A stretch of DNA of 63,762 nt, filler included, from Chiloscyllium plagiosum (lineage: Eukaryota): NCBI RefSeq assembly GCF_004010195.1. It is 4 parts of one record of this genome, joined end to end, with 100 filler letters (N's around TTAATTAATTAA, not from the genome) between each part and the next. Parts side by side here need not be neighbours in the genome. Positions count along the whole stretch, not along the records: positions 59,272 to 63,762 come from NC_057712.1; 3 more parts are not named here. One strand, written 5' to 3'. The stretch's first letter is position 1. Each line of letters begins with the position of its first letter. A program made the translations under genes and the position numbers. Below are positions 62,949 to 63,762 of the stretch, piece by piece. Below the pieces are notes generated by a model that was not told the DNA's origin, ran no database searches, and was given only the letters and a program-made list of their open reading frames with translations.

Positions 62949-63761
62949 GCGTCTTCCGCCAGGATCAACTGGGCCAAATGTTCCGGACTACTGGTTGGTC
63001 CATGGCGGGTGGACTCTCTGCCGGAGGAGTTACGGGGGTTCAGCTGGAGTACGACCCATCTCCTCTACCTGGGGGTCTACCTCGGCCCGGCTGAGGAATC
63101 CTGGCCGGCCAACTGGCAGGAGCTGGAGGCCAAAGTCTCGGCTCGCCTAGGCCGCTGGACAGGACTGCTCCGAGTGCTATCTTACAGGAGTCGAGTGCTG
63201 GTCATAAACCAGCTGGTGGCCGCCATGCTGTGGTACCGGCTGGTCACTTTGGTCCCTCCTCCTGGCTTTGTTGACATCCAGAGAAGAACGTTGGTCGATT
63301 TCTTCTGGGACAAAAAGATGCACTGGGTCGCCGCGCAGGCTCTGAGTCTCCCTATTGAGGAGGGCGGTCAGTCGCTGGTGTGCGCCCGCACCCAGGTCGC
63401 GACGTTCCGCCTTCAGACCTTACGTCGATACCTTTACGTCGAGCCTCCTCCTAGATGGTGCGCCCTGGCGACGTATTTTTTCCGCCAGGTGCGTAACCTC
63501 AACTACGACACGCAGCTCCTGTTCGTCGACCGTGACGGTTTGCAGGTCGCCCTCAAAACGCTGCCTGTCTTGTACCAGGACCTGATCACTGTCTGGAACA
63601 TGGTCGAACCGCGTCGCGCCTACCCTCCGGCTGGAGTAGCGGCTGTCGTCAGGGAGCCGTTGCTCAGGAACCCGCACCTCCGTACTCGCGGGTTCGAGTG
63701 GCTGTCGGAGGAGAGGGCCGCGGCGGCGAGGGTGACCAGGGTCGGGGACGTACTGGGTGCC
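62949..63761 (+). mobile_element. Tx1/L1-clade non-LTR retrotransposon ORF2 (post-catalytic RT region), 5'-truncated, open to window end
   Basis: Stop-free frame ASSARINWAKC...LLYLGVYLG...LSYRSRVLVINQLVAAMLWY...DFFW...LSLPIEEGGQSLV; GC- and CpG-rich, consistent with a young insertion. Confidence 0.92.
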
Positions 63762-63762
63762 G

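Noticed and set aside
63355..63677. ORFs 63355-63585 (+) and 63420-63677 (-)
   Set aside because: Alternative frames of GC-rich Tx1 ORF2.

Overview
Repeat-dense vertebrate DNA, almost certainly from a cartilaginous fish (HE1-type tRNA SINEs with (TCTAA)n tails, abundant CR1 LINEs, Penelope-like elements). It has five assembly gaps and no confidently identifiable host gene; a few short candidate exons exist on the minus strand. The standout feature is the 3' half of a class I (epsilon/gamma-like) endogenous retrovirus on the minus strand (34651-37920): a decayed integrase, env, polypurine tract and a 3' LTR split by a SINE. In its env gene, the N-terminal receptor-binding slot of SU (between signal peptide and proline-rich linker) holds a V-set immunoglobulin domain with the CD300/CMRF35/pIgR-family signature. 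The SU frame is open for 339 codons and ends at a TGA lying on what would be the first Arg of an R-T-R-R furin site, so it could encode a secreted Ig-SU protein. Also present: Penelope elements with inverted arms and minimal hammerhead-ribozyme motifs, palindromic mini-elements with 11-15 bp target-site duplications, a fossil hAT (Charlie/SPIN-type) transposase, a Gypsy pol remnant, a Rex1/Babar fragment, a 201-bp tandem repeat, and a young Tx1/L1 fragment inserted into an LTR. All family assignments are from motif recognition by eye, and repeat boundaries are approximate unless a TSD is given.
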